Assembly (NCBI GenBank): GCA_965224385.1
Contig: CBDCYX010000012.1
Location: forward strand, 246,426 to 310,425
Source: Bacteriovoracaceae bacterium
Lineage (GTDB): Bacteria; Bdellovibrionota; Bacteriovoracia; Bacteriovoracales; Bacteriovoracaceae
DNA: 64,000 nt
Direction of reading: 5' to 3'
Part shown: positions 1 through 8,998 of the stretch, piece after piece
How positions within the stretch are numbered: position 1 is the first letter of the stretch
Layout: every line of letters starts with the position of its first letter
Position numbers and translations under genes: made by a program
The notes under the pieces: generated by a model
Database searches by the model: none
Seen by the model: only the letters and a program-made list of their open reading frames with translations
What the model was told of the DNA's origin: nothing

Positions 1-104
1 GGCGGTATTTACAAACCAAAATTCATATGATGCTGAAGATGATAAACGCTATGTGCTGATTTTATAACTTCCCCTGTAGGGATATACCGCCCCCGGGTTC
101 ATTC
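1..104 (-). repeat. Possible outer end of another diverged copy of the 'type-2' IS leader, cut by the window edge
   Basis: TGTAGGGA...CGGGTTCATTC (76-104) resembles the outer terminus of the transposase-leader copies at 8819-8838 and, reversed, 52988-53005. A GC hairpin CCACGGCC-AA-GGCCGTGG follows at 107-124. Confidence 0.25.
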
Positions 105-217
105 ACCCACGGCCAAGGCCGTGGTGCTCTGTTTCGTCCGGCCCACTGGGCCGCCCTCCACCACATAGACTCTAGCTCTTTCAAAATTTAAAAAGACTCA
201 AAAACAACACGTCTTGT

Positions 218-296
218 TATGGAAAAGGGTTTTTGGCCTGGAGGGCAACCGGGATCAAGTTAGGAAAATATAGGGGTGGGTTTATGGAACGCTTAC
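218..296 (+). repeat. 79-bp repeat; reverse-complement partner at 6105-6183
   Basis: Manual alignment: GGAAAAGGGTTTTTGGCCTGGAGGGCAACCGGGATCAAGTTAGGAAAATATAGGGGTGGGTTTATGGAACGCTTAC matches the reverse complement of 6105-6183 with a few substitutions or indels. Confidence 0.7.
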
Positions 297-763
297 GACT
301 ATTGACCTCATCCGGGTTATCGAAGGTATCCTTTTTACTCCATAAAGTGTGTGAAGATTACTCTTAAAATCTTGAAGGAAATTTGAGAGAAAAAACTGCA
401 TAGAGAGAACTAAAGGCATCTGCAAGGGTGATTGATTTGTTTGTGGAACGAGAATCGGGAATTCTTTTGAAGGAATCTAAAATACTTGCTACTTGAATTC
501 AGCTTATAACGAAAACACGGGAAAGACCTCTATCGGAAGGGAGTCATCCTAATAAATTTAACCTAACCCTGATAAATACACTCTTGATTCTCCGTGTTGT
601 TGCGAATAATTTTTTACCAAACTTAATTCTTTAGGGGGGGAAATTCAAACCGAGAATCCTTGGTTTCTAGGGAGGAAATTACACCATGCGGTGAAGCTTA
701 GCTACCGGTTCGAAAATTGGGGTCCACCTCAGACTTGAAGATTTCATAGGTTCGCATGTTCGT

Positions 764-1696
764 ATGTTTCAATATATTGGAGGAGTTCCTCAGTTCATTA
801 TCCCGGACAATTGTAAAACGGCGGTTGTGCAAACCAACAAGTACGATCCTGTAATAAATTCTACTTATCTAGATATGTGTAATCACTATGGCATAACGGT
901 AGATCCTGCAGATCCCGTAAGTCCCAAGCACAAACCTAACGTAGAAAGGGCCGTAGGAATAATCCAACGGGATTTTTTTCCAAGAATTAGGAGGAAGGTG
1001 TTTAGTTCCCTTGTATCACTGAATAGTGATTTACATTCATGGTTAGTTACGGCAAACAAGAAAGTTGTCAAGGGCCGAGGGCAGTCCCGATCATTTTTTA
1101 TGGAAAAAGAGCGTTGTAACTTCAAACCTCTGCCCTCGTATCCTTACGAACTCTTTTTTTTTAAAAAGGCCAAAGTTCATCACGATTGTCACTTTCACCA
1201 CAATAAGAATTATTATTCTGTTCCCTATCACTATGTAGGGAAAGAAATCGATGTGAAGTTCAATTCAAAGATGATTCATGTTTATTTCCAATGTGATCTA
1301 ATCACTTCCCATGTGGTTTGTAAGGGAACATATCATTACTCGACAAACAATGCTCATTATCCGGAAAAGAAGTATGTGGATACCAACTATTATCTTTCCC
1401 AAATAAGAATTAAGTCCCAACAACTTGGCCCCGATGTTTATGCCGTCATTGAACGGCCTATTGGAGAATCAAAACATCCCTTGAAAATACTCCGTAAGGG
1501 GCAAGGGATTATTAATCTTGAGAAAGAATTTTCGAGGAATGCCATAAACCATGCCTGTAAGATGGCACTGGAATTTAATTGTATGAACTACGACAACATT
1601 AAGAGGTTCGCAAAGAACTATAAAAACCCTCTAGAGGATATTCTTACAAAAACACCAAAACGTGAAATTCAATACACGTATTACCAAGGAGAATGA
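764..1696 (+). pseudogene. istA: IS21-family transposase IstA, C-terminal ~310 codons only
   Basis: The ORF begins mid-domain (..YIGGVPQFIIPDNCKTAV.. DDE-region style). Upstream, 640-735 encodes IstA-like GEIQTE.. residues in a different frame that ends in a stop. It is followed 4 nt later by istB. Confidence 0.7.
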
Positions 1697-1699
1697 ATA

Positions 1700-1911
1700 A
1701 TGAACGAATGTAATGAACTTTTAAACGAACTTAAATTTTTTGGAATGAAAGCATCTCTTGAACATAGGTTAGCAGAGGCACGAAGGTCTTCCTTAGACTG
1801 TAAAGAGTTTTTTTCTCTTATGCTAGAAGATGAAAAGCTTTACAGAATCAACAGAAAAAGTGAAATGCTAAGAAAGCGGGCAAAGTTCAATAACAGGACT
1901 TACTTAGAGGA
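1700..1911 (+). pseudogene. istB: IstB helper ATPase, N-terminal part (gene interrupted at 1912)
   Basis: The frame runs ..NNRTYLED and then enters the IS terminal repeat. It continues in frame at 3539. Confidence 0.8.
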
Positions 1912-3530
1912 CTTGAGAGTCCAAAGTTCTCATCGCTCTGAGTATTTGATATACTCTCCCCCTAGGAGTGCCTCCATTTGCTAAAAAGTCCCTATTTGAG
2001 AGGGAGAAGTGCCCCTATGCGGCCCTTTGTTCTCTAGGAGGCCCGGTACTCCATAGTTTTTTTGCAAACTTTTGCCAAGACTTGGTCTGAGGCAAAGTCC
2101 ATCGAAAATCCTGTAGCATACTTCTTAAGGCCCTTTGAGTAACCTGAACAGATGCGGCAACCCCAGGCCGTATGGTTCTCAACCAACTCCTGTGACATCT
2201 CCAGACTTCGTCGGAATGATAGAGAGATAAATATTGACAAAGTCCTTGAGCGATAATAGCGATTTGAATATAGAGATGGTAGGCCGACATTTTGATAGAA
2301 ATCTTATTTTTTAATCTCTTGGATTCTCGATGAATATAGCGGTCTCCTTCAGACCTTCTCGTCTTTCTCATTCCCTTAATCCGGAAACGATAAGAAAATG
2401 CACCGATAATATGTTTCAATTCCTTAAAAGAATATTCTATTTTAAAACGCTTTGAATAAGACACGACTATTTGTTCAGCGGTTAAATTTAAATCGGTTGT
2501 CATAAATATTACCTTTCCACGGGCAGGGTGATTGACAAGACAAAATCTCACAAGTCCACCGTATGACTTCCACAGTAAATCATAAATTCCGTAACTGACT
2601 ATGGTCTTCTCTTCTCCGTAAACAGATATTTCCATTGTTAAAGATAGTTTGGAGAACAAATCCCATAACTTCACTTTCGGCCCATAAAGTTTAGGTCTTC
2701 CCCTGCCTTGGTAGACCGTTACCGGAAAATAGGCCACGGCATTCTTTCTTACTCTCGTGATTAGTTCGATACCCTCTGTCTTGAGGTTGCGGGCCAATCT
2801 CCCTCCGCAATAATAGCTATCGGCCAAAAGATATGCTCCCAACTTTTGAAAATTAATTCCAAGAGACATCATCATTGTCAAAAATTTATCCATTAAGGTT
2901 TTTTTTTCACGGCCACCCGTACGAATACCCTCATGTATCCGGCAAGTGAGAGGAACCGACACTTCCGTATTTCCGTTACAGGCCAAAATAGAAACTTCTT
3001 GCAAGGAATGTCCCATTATCCACTCCGGTTTGGAATTGCTCTCTGAAGACTGGCGGAGGAGTTTTACAGACGGCATACACCGACCCTCTTTGGAAATCTT
3101 CAAACCATCGCCGAGCAAAACGATTTTACCGTTGAGGAGATAGAGCTTGGATAAAAAACAGTCGAGAACCAAAGAACACCAATGCTGTGTTAAGAGTTTA
3201 AAGTCTATTGCTCCGGATTGGAAGAAGTGCAATATCTTGGTATAGAATTTTGGATTTACACTGATAGAGCGAATAATACTTGATACTCCTCCATCCATAT
3301 CTTCCCGAACAGCTATCCCGGCAAGTGCCGTGACAAACCATTGAAATGTTCGTATTCGTTTAAATGCCGGACGGAGTTTGAAAACGATTGCCATCCAATT
3401 TGCCCACATAGAAATCTCCTTTTTTGTGGTGAAATAAAGAGATTCTATAATAGGGATAAGGCACTTGTCTCCGGACGGCACTATACCTTACTGAAACACT
3501 TTATTAAATGGAGAACTTTGGACTCTCAAG
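1912..3530 (-). mobile_element. Intact 1619-bp IS (IS4-superfamily-like) nested inside istB
   Basis: Perfect 20-bp terminal inverted repeats CTTGAGAGTCCAAAGTTCTC (1912-1931; reverse complement at 3511-3530). 8-bp direct target duplication TTAGAGGA (1904-1911 and 3531-3538). A single transposase ORF fills the element. Confidence 0.9.
2015..3481 (-). CDS. DDE transposase of the nested IS
   Basis: 488-aa ORF with DDE-type motifs LLGDGLK, LLADSYY and RFKIEYSFKELK. The true start may be an internal Met (MWANW..). Confidence 0.8.
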   Translation of the reverse strand: MPSGDKCLIPIIESLYFTTKKEISMWANWMAIVFKLRPAFKRIRTFQWFVTALAGIAVREDMDGGVSSIIRSISVNPKFYTKILHFFQSGAIDFKLLTQHWCSLVLDCFLSKLYLLNGKIVLLGDGLKISKEGRCMPSVKLLRQSSESNSKPEWIMGHSLQEVSILACNGNTEVSVPLTCRIHEGIRTGGREKKTLMDKFLTMMMSLGINFQKLGAYLLADSYYCGGRLARNLKTEGIELITRVRKNAVAYFPVTVYQGRGRPKLYGPKVKLWDLFSKLSLTMEISVYGEEKTIVSYGIYDLLWKSYGGLVRFCLVNHPARGKVIFMTTDLNLTAEQIVVSYSKRFKIEYSFKELKHIIGAFSYRFRIKGMRKTRRSEGDRYIHRESKRLKNKISIKMSAYHLYIQIAIIAQGLCQYLSLYHSDEVWRCHRSWLRTIRPGVAASVQVTQRALRSMLQDFRWTLPQTKSWQKFAKKLWSTGPPREQRAA

Positions 3531-3538
3531 TTAGAGGA

Positions 3539-4085
3539 GTTTAGCACTGAAAACAACAGGGGAATTACAAAATCTATGATCAAACATTTTAAATCCTTAT
3601 ATTTTATTGACACCTTTGAGCATCTCATCTTTGTGGGAGCTACGGGAACAGGAAAGAGTTTTCTTGCTCAAGCAATAGGACATGAAGCATGTGCTTCCGG
3701 ATATGAAGTTCTCTTCATATCAATGAACCGTCTCTTTAAAGAAATAGAGCTTGCTGATGCCCAAGGGATTTATCTCTCCTATTTGAACAGACTGAAAAAC
3801 AGGGTGAAAATTCTCATCCTCGATGATTTTGGACTGAGAAATTACTCCCATCGTGAAGCAACTATTTTGTATGAAATACTTGAAGATCGGTATAGAAAAA
3901 ATTCACTTATTGTCACCTCTCAAATGGATCCGAGAGGGTGGAAAAGCTTGATTGAAGACAAGGTGATTGCTGAAGCTATACTCGATCGACTTGTGGCCGC
4001 TGCTGATGTTATTCATATTAAAGGTTCATCTTTTAGGCGAAATCATAAGAAAAAAAGGGTTGAAAAAGGTGTAAAACGGACATAA
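3539..4085 (+). pseudogene. istB: IstB helper ATPase, C-terminal part
   Basis: Walker A GATGTGKS and Walker B ILILDDFG. Joining 1911 to 3539 (removing the IS plus one duplication copy) restores one uninterrupted 252-codon frame. Confidence 0.85.
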
Positions 4086-4127
4086 TATTTTTTGATAAAG
4101 AGGTCTTCTGGGCATAAGGCCAAATGG

Positions 4128-4181
4128 TCCTTTTTGACTGGCCGCACTTCACCTTTACTCGACATGGGGCATTATACCTTT
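4128..4181 (+). repeat. Right terminal segment of IS21 copy 1
   Basis: CTTTTTGACTGGCCGCACTTCACCTTTACTCGACATGGGGCATTATACCTTT recurs with 3 substitutions at 58879-58931. Confidence 0.7.
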
Positions 4182-4186
4182 ATTCT

Positions 4187-4642
4187 ACACCGAGTCCTCA
4201 TGTAATCCTATTACGATTGAAGGAGGGGCAACCGCTAGTTGGATACGGGGTGCCGCCGCAACGGCAGACGTTTGCCTCTTTTCCTGTAGTGCCGGTTTCG
4301 TGAAAAGCGGGAGGGCGTGTAATATCCCCGATACGGGAAATTATGCGGATGGGGCAGGGGCGATGCAAAGTTGCAGTACCCCTACAGGTGGGTTTAACAC
4401 CTTTTTACCCAATTCTTACAAAAGAGGGCATCGCCCGTAAGATCGTTTCTGAAGTTAGCGACGTAAACTGGGCGGGTAAACAGTACATGGATTTACCTTA
4501 CACGACGACAATACTCGATGGTTCAAGCGATGCCGGCGATGACTGCCCCGCCAACGATTTTTGTGTCGCCTTCTGGCGTGTGTTCAAAGGAACAGAAGGA
4601 AATTATGGAATCCCCTTCGGGGATCGGGACTACTCACATTAA
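4187..4642 (+). pseudogene. Dead fragment of the Cys-repeat/RCC1 lipoprotein family: 5'-truncated, internally deleted and out of frame
   Basis: 4187-4420 encodes ..TESSCNPITIEGGATASWIRGAAATADVCLFSCSAGFVKSGRACNIPDTG.., which are Cys repeats like 34633-38295. It is joined out of frame near 4420 to the last ~75 codons (LTKEGIARKIVSEVSDVNWAGKQY..FGDRDYSH*), which differ at 6 of ~228 nt from the 3' end of 55097-58249. Confidence 0.85.
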
Positions 4643-4887
4643 AAGAACATTAAAAAAATTTGCGACTTATAATAAAAGGCCCTTGCTCTTGAGTCAAACC
4701 GTTTCTTCGTATCATAAACATCTCCTTGCCGAAAACGGGAGTGTGGAACAACGGGTAAACCCGTCATAAAAACTTTCAATTTAATGGCGTAGAAAGGAGA
4801 TGTGAATAATCGATATTATTCACAGTCGTTTGTTGACACGGTGAGTTAAATTAAAAAATATCCACACAGACTACGAGTCCAGACTTC

Positions 4888-4922
4888 GGCCGAGATCGCT
4901 CGGCCCTAAAATCTAGTTTTAG
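4888..4922. terminator. Two adjacent hairpins between convergent genes (possible terminator region)
   Basis: GGCCGAG-ATCG-CTCGGCC (4888-4905) then CTAAAA-TCTAG-TTTTAG (4906-4922), immediately after the stop of 4923..5963. There is no clean T-run. Confidence 0.35.
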
Positions 4923-5963
4923 CTATCTTTTCTTACCGAGTTCTTTTTCAATCATTTTTATATCTTCTTCAGAAAGTTCCGTACTCTCTTTGATAATTTC
5001 AAAATCAACCCCTCCTTGCAGCAATTTTAAGGCAACTTTTTTCTTCTCTTCTTGCTTCCCTTCTTGTTTCCCTTCTTGTCTCCCTTCTTGTCTCCCTTCT
5101 TGTCTCCCTTCTTGTCTCCCTTCTTGTCTCCCTTCTTGTCTCCCTTCTTGTCTCCCTTTTTGGATTCCTTTTTGCATTCCTTTTTCTACGGCCTCATCCA
5201 AAGTACTTTTAAATAACTGCATAATTCTCTCCTCCTTATCTTCAACGGTTTTTTGTTCTATTAATTCTATTCTCTTCCAAGTAAATTTTGGGTCAAATCT
5301 TTTAATATAATCCACGGCCTTGACCATTTGATCTTTTTTTTCCTCTAAATTCAGTGGCCCACTTATCGTAAAAAGTTCCGAAACCGTCTTTTCATCGAGA
5401 TGCCAAATCCTCTGTAAAACAAAAAGAATCGGTGCCAATGTTTGAGTTTTTGATTGTTTTTTGACATCAAGGTCATGGACGTTTAGCAAAATCGGTTCGA
5501 AATTTAGAATGTGTTTTGCAAACTCCTTTCTAACCGAGGGTAAAAATCCCTCAAGAGCATCATGGAATTTTAAAGATTTTTGAAAAGTCTTTATTTTCCC
5601 GTGATAGAAAACAACGGGGATTATAGGAACAGGTAGCTTTTTATACATTACTGCTTGATATTCTAAAAGTTGAAACAAGAGGTTATTATCCTTGTAGGAC
5701 TTATGCTCAATAAGAAAGATAATCTTTGCTTTTTGTCCTTTGCGTCCGCCTTTGAAATTAACGGAAAAGATAAGGTCTGTTCTCTTCTCAGACCCTTCAG
5801 GGGTAAAAAATGTTTCCATCTCCGATCTGAGAGTGTCCCAATTAAAAAGGTTGAATTGAGAAGGACGAAGAACAAGTTTTAGAAATTCAACTCCATAGCG
5901 TTTTGTCGAGAAGAACTCTTTAAAAAAGTTGTTGTGGACATTGTCTTGTTGCTTGCTTGTCAT
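4923..5963 (-). CDS. Rpn/YhgA-like PD-(D/E)XK 'recombination-promoting nuclease / putative transposase' family protein
   Basis: N-terminal ..NNFFKEFFSTKRYGVEFLK.., nuclease-core-like TDLIF ... IIFLIEHKS, a (GRQE)n/(GKQE)n low-complexity linker and a C-terminal ..ALKLLQGGVDFEIIKESTELSEEDI.. helix-turn-helix-like tail. Confidence 0.75.
   Translation of the reverse strand: MTSKQQDNVHNNFFKEFFSTKRYGVEFLKLVLRPSQFNLFNWDTLRSEMETFFTPEGSEKRTDLIFSVNFKGGRKGQKAKIIFLIEHKSYKDNNLLFQLLEYQAVMYKKLPVPIIPVVFYHGKIKTFQKSLKFHDALEGFLPSVRKEFAKHILNFEPILLNVHDLDVKKQSKTQTLAPILFVLQRIWHLDEKTVSELFTISGPLNLEEKKDQMVKAVDYIKRFDPKFTWKRIELIEQKTVEDKEERIMQLFKSTLDEAVEKGMQKGIQKGRQEGRQEGRQEGRQEGRQEGRQEGRQEGKQEGKQEEKKKVALKLLQGGVDFEIIKESTELSEEDIKMIEKELGKKR
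5052..5159 (-). repeat. 12-bp tandem repeat x9 inside the Rpn-like gene (encodes GRQE x7 + GKQE x2)
   Basis: Units TTGTCTCCCTTC (plus strand) counted directly. The first two and the last unit are slightly variant. Confidence 0.95.
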
Positions 5964-6104
5964 AAATTTTTAATGCTGTTTTATTGTTCTACTTGCTATC
6001 ATCCTGCAACGCTATAGTCAAAAAGTTTAAATCCAACTTTCAAGAATAGCGCATTGCGAAATCTATTTTTCTAATTTTTTAGACCATACCCCTGTTGTTT
6101 AACT

Positions 6105-6183
6105 GTAAGCGTTCCATAAACCCACCCCTATATTTCCCTAACTTGATCCGGGTTGCCCTCCAGGCCAAAAAACCTTTCACATA
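6105..6183 (-). repeat. 79-bp repeat, inverted partner of 218-296
   Basis: See 218-296. It ends 28 bp before the left end of IS21 copy 2. Confidence 0.7.
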
Positions 6184-6313
6184 CCGTAAAAAAAACATTC
6201 CTCCTCCCCCTGTTACGTCCCAGCATAACGTTACCAGTTTTAGGGTATAAATTCCCACCCTAGGTTACCACCTAAGAAAGCATCCATAATGGAATATTAA
6301 GTTCAACTATTCC

Positions 6314-6874
6314 ATGGAGGTAATTATGGATCGTTTCAACAAGAGGTGTTTGATGGATCGCAAAATTGTTCAATTGCTCATAAACGGGAAAAGCTTTAAT
6401 AGAATCGCTCGGGATCATCATGTGAGCAAAATTCGTATTAGAAAGGTAAAAGAGAAGGCCCTAAAAGCAGGTTATTTTGACGGACGAGAGATTCCGCCAA
6501 CTCCTGAGGCACTTTATCTTAAAAAGGCCGTTGAGATAGGGCCTTATGCGGAATTAATGATAAAGACGATTTTGCTTTTCGGTAGAGGTTTTGTAGATAC
6601 CAGACAAGTCTGGGGTATTTTACATTTAGTTAAGGATTATCCAAAATCTCAAGTAGAGAATGCCTGTAAAAATGCTTATGAATGTGAGCAGATAAGTTAT
6701 CGATCTGTATTGTCGTTTTTAAACCTTCTACCTGTTCAAGAAAATATTAAACCGATGGGTGAAAATAAGTTCATCAGAAAGACAAAAGAATATTTTAACG
6801 GCCATACCGAGTGTAACCATCAAGAAGTAGGGGCCACACCTGTATGTCCGTTAACAACTAAGGAGAAATTATGA
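6314..6874 (+). pseudogene. istA: IstA-like ORF retaining the N-terminal HTH and C-terminal tail but missing the DDE core
   Basis: Only 186 aa. It has HTH-like LINGKSFNRIARDHHVSKIRIRKV and then a C-terminal-type segment (..VWGILHLVKDYPKSQVENACKNA..). No DDE region is visible. Its stop overlaps the istB start. Confidence 0.6.
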
Positions 6875-7653
6875 GTACAAAGACATTACAAACATTGCTG
6901 CGTTCCTTGAGACTAACAACGGCGGCAGAAGAATTAGAGGAAGTTTTAAGAGAATTTCGAGGGGCCTCTCTCAATCCTTTTATTAATCTTTTACAAAGGG
7001 AACAAGATGCTCGTAGGGAAAGACAATTAGAAACAAGGATTAAAAGGTCTAATCTTCCAGAGTTAAAGAGTCTAGAAGATTTTAATTGGAATTTTAATGA
7101 GACTATCGACCGTAAGAAGATTGAGTCGTTGGCAACATTGGATTTTATCAAAGAGCAAGATTCAGTATTGTTTTTAGGGCAACCGGGAACAGGAAAAAGT
7201 CATCTTGCTGCCGCCATAGGGTTGAAGGTTATTTTGGAGGGAGGGAACATCTATTGGAGCAACATAAAAACTCTATCGGAAAATATCATGAAGGCAAAAG
7301 CAAAAAACGAACTCGGGAAGCTCTTCAGAAAGGTCTTAACGAGCAATTTATGGATTTTAGATGACTGGGCAGTGATTGGCCTAGGAAGAGAAGTTTCTGA
7401 AGAAATCTTCGACTTATTAGACAAGAGGAAGTACAGCACGGCCCTTCTCTTAACTTCCAATAGAGATATTAATGAATGGCCTCAAGTATTCAGTGATCCT
7501 GTCCTAGCGAGTGCCGCAATAGATCGAATATTTGACCGACCTAGAATGACAATCTTCACAGGAAGAAGCTACAGGGCCGAAGGGAAAAAAGACAAAAAGG
7601 TGGAAAAAAAAATGCTTTTAGGAGTTGAAAAAACAAAGGGGATCGGGGTATAA
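6871..7653 (+). CDS. istB: IstB helper ATPase (apparently intact)
   Basis: 260 aa, Walker A GQPGTGKS, Walker B LWILDDW, ATGA start/stop overlap with the upstream ORF. Confidence 0.85.
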   Translation: MSTKTLQTLLRSLRLTTAAEELEEVLREFRGASLNPFINLLQREQDARRERQLETRIKRSNLPELKSLEDFNWNFNETIDRKKIESLATLDFIKEQDSVLFLGQPGTGKSHLAAAIGLKVILEGGNIYWSNIKTLSENIMKAKAKNELGKLFRKVLTSNLWILDDWAVIGLGREVSEEIFDLLDKRKYSTALLLTSNRDINEWPQVFSDPVLASAAIDRIFDRPRMTIFTGRSYRAEGKKDKKVEKKMLLGVEKTKGIGV

Positions 7654-7767
7654 AATATTTAGGTGGTAACGGGGCGTGGGAATAAAGTGGTAACCGTTAC
7701 CTGGGATTTGACAACCCCCTAGGTATATTTCTTGACCCTCTCTTTTCTCGCAGATTCTATTTTCCAC

Positions 7768-7936
7768 TCAAACTTGAAGAAATTCATTTAAGAGAAAACA
7801 AAATTTGAAGGTTGAAATGATGTTTTCTTGCGAAATAGCTTTTTTCAGAGGGAAAATAAATTTTTTTTCAAATTTGAATAAAGTAAAATTGTAACGATTA
7901 TCTTATTGTTAACTATGAGAACTCCTGACTCTCCAG
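7768..7936 (+). repeat. IS-end-associated repeat ending in the terminal repeat GAGAACTCCTGACTCTCCAG
   Basis: 7768-7848 matches the reverse complement of 58751-58833. The 20-bp end (7917-7936) matches the reverse complement of 58729-58748. This copy has ~65 extra bp between the two parts. Confidence 0.65.
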
Positions 7937-8433
7937 TTATTTTAGGTATATGCTTAGTGAACGAACATGTCATCCGCCTATTGCATAAATAGCGCACGAT
8001 GGGTGGGAAGAGGGGGGAGGTCGAGTAATTGGTCTCTCTACCTGACAGATAGGGAGTAAGATTTTTAAAACGGCCGTTAAATCTTGTAAGAGAAAGAAAT
8101 ATTTTTGGCATGATTTGAAGTTTTTTTATCAATTTTTTCATTTTAAAGATTGGGATTCGTTTCTAGAATTTATTATAGAGAAGCATACGCCCTTCCTTGA
8201 TACATCTTAAAAATTTAACTATTTTCTGCCAAAAATATAACTTTTTTTGGACTGCTAAGTTCAGGGGGTGTTTCTTTGTTAGAACCTCTCCTGAAATCTA
8301 TTTTTTTCAAAAGAAACCTGAAATTCGGCAAAAAAGGTTGTTTTAAGCTATTCTCAAAGGGTTGCCGCCCTTTAGTTCCCCTGAGGGAAGGATTTTTTGT
8401 GACCTTGTGCATAAAGCGAGAAAAACTGCTTCT

Positions 8434-8838
8434 TTACGCCCAAATTCAAAAGTGCATCTTCTTGAGCAATGCTTTTATTGCTGTATCTCTTATCTGGTAT
8501 TTTCTGAAATTCTTTAAAAATACCGGAAAACAATTTCTCATGAAGTCCCGTTATTGTCCTCATCAATAACAATAAGAACAGAAAAATTATTCTTTGAACA
8601 GGCCTAAAGCAGCGCAAATCTCTATTTACTTTTCCATGGAGCAGTGCGTTTCATGCGAAATATCAGTTCGAAAAAGATTTCTTCACTACAGGCAAAAATG
8701 TCAAAACGGGAATAACTGTAGTTATTGCAATATTCCCTGAGCAATAAATGCAAACTGAACATAGATTTCATATCCTAGGAGTTTTTTGAAATATCTCTTT
8801 CGATACCTATTTGATTTTTTGTAGGGACGGGTTCATTC
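8434..8838 (-). pseudogene. Remnant of a 'type-2' IS: ~275-bp leader plus the first ~43 codons of its transposase
   Basis: MRTITGLHEKLFSGIFKEFQKIPDKRYSNKSIAQEDALLNLG aligns with the N-terminus of 11976..13391. The leader matches 52988-53185 (reversed). Confidence 0.7.
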
Positions 8839-8998
8839 CATTACTCCAATTGGAGGGCCCTCATAAGCAAAGAAGGGATGGAAAAGTTTTCCTTGACACC
8901 TACTTCAACATCTTCTATCTAATAAGCTTAAAAAGTGTCCAGTTTTTTTGGGGAACTCCATAGTCACTGAATTAAATTTAATCGGAGGATTATATTAA

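Larger units (their letters stand above)
330..4181 (+). mobile_element. IS21-family element, copy 1 (decayed: istA 5' part degraded, istB split by a nested IS); left end not identified
   Basis: istA-istB gene pair in the usual order. The right terminal segment (4128-4181) recurs as a solo end at 58879-58931. The left boundary is only a guess. Confidence 0.5.
6211..7714 (+). mobile_element. IS21-family element, copy 2 (defective: IstA lacks the catalytic core)
   Basis: Termini TGTTACGTCCCAGCATAACGTTACCAG (6211-) versus the reverse complement of the right end, TGTCAAATCCCAGGTAACGGTTACCAC (..7713/7714). Internal GGTTACC/GGTAACC sub-repeats are present at both ends. A possible 5-bp duplication CCCCC flanks both sides. 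Confidence 0.7.

Noticed and set aside
85-170. GC-rich hairpins and a GGTTCATTC motif examined as a possible tRNA or tmRNA fragment.
   Set aside because: No cloverleaf can be drawn: there is no acceptor stem/T-arm spacing and no anticodon arm. The motif matches an IS leader terminus instead.
5052-5159. Short tandem repeats checked as a possible CRISPR array (also 59800-59847).
   Set aside because: The units are 12 bp, directly abutting with no spacers, in frame and inside a coding region. No CRISPR-like repeat/spacer array exists anywhere in the window.
7845-8617. Small ORFs 7845..8141, 8215..8412 and 8276..8569 in the A+T-rich gap.
   Set aside because: They are low-complexity, mutually overlapping and without RBS. 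The only recognisable coding remnant here is the transposase N-terminal fragment (8434-8563).
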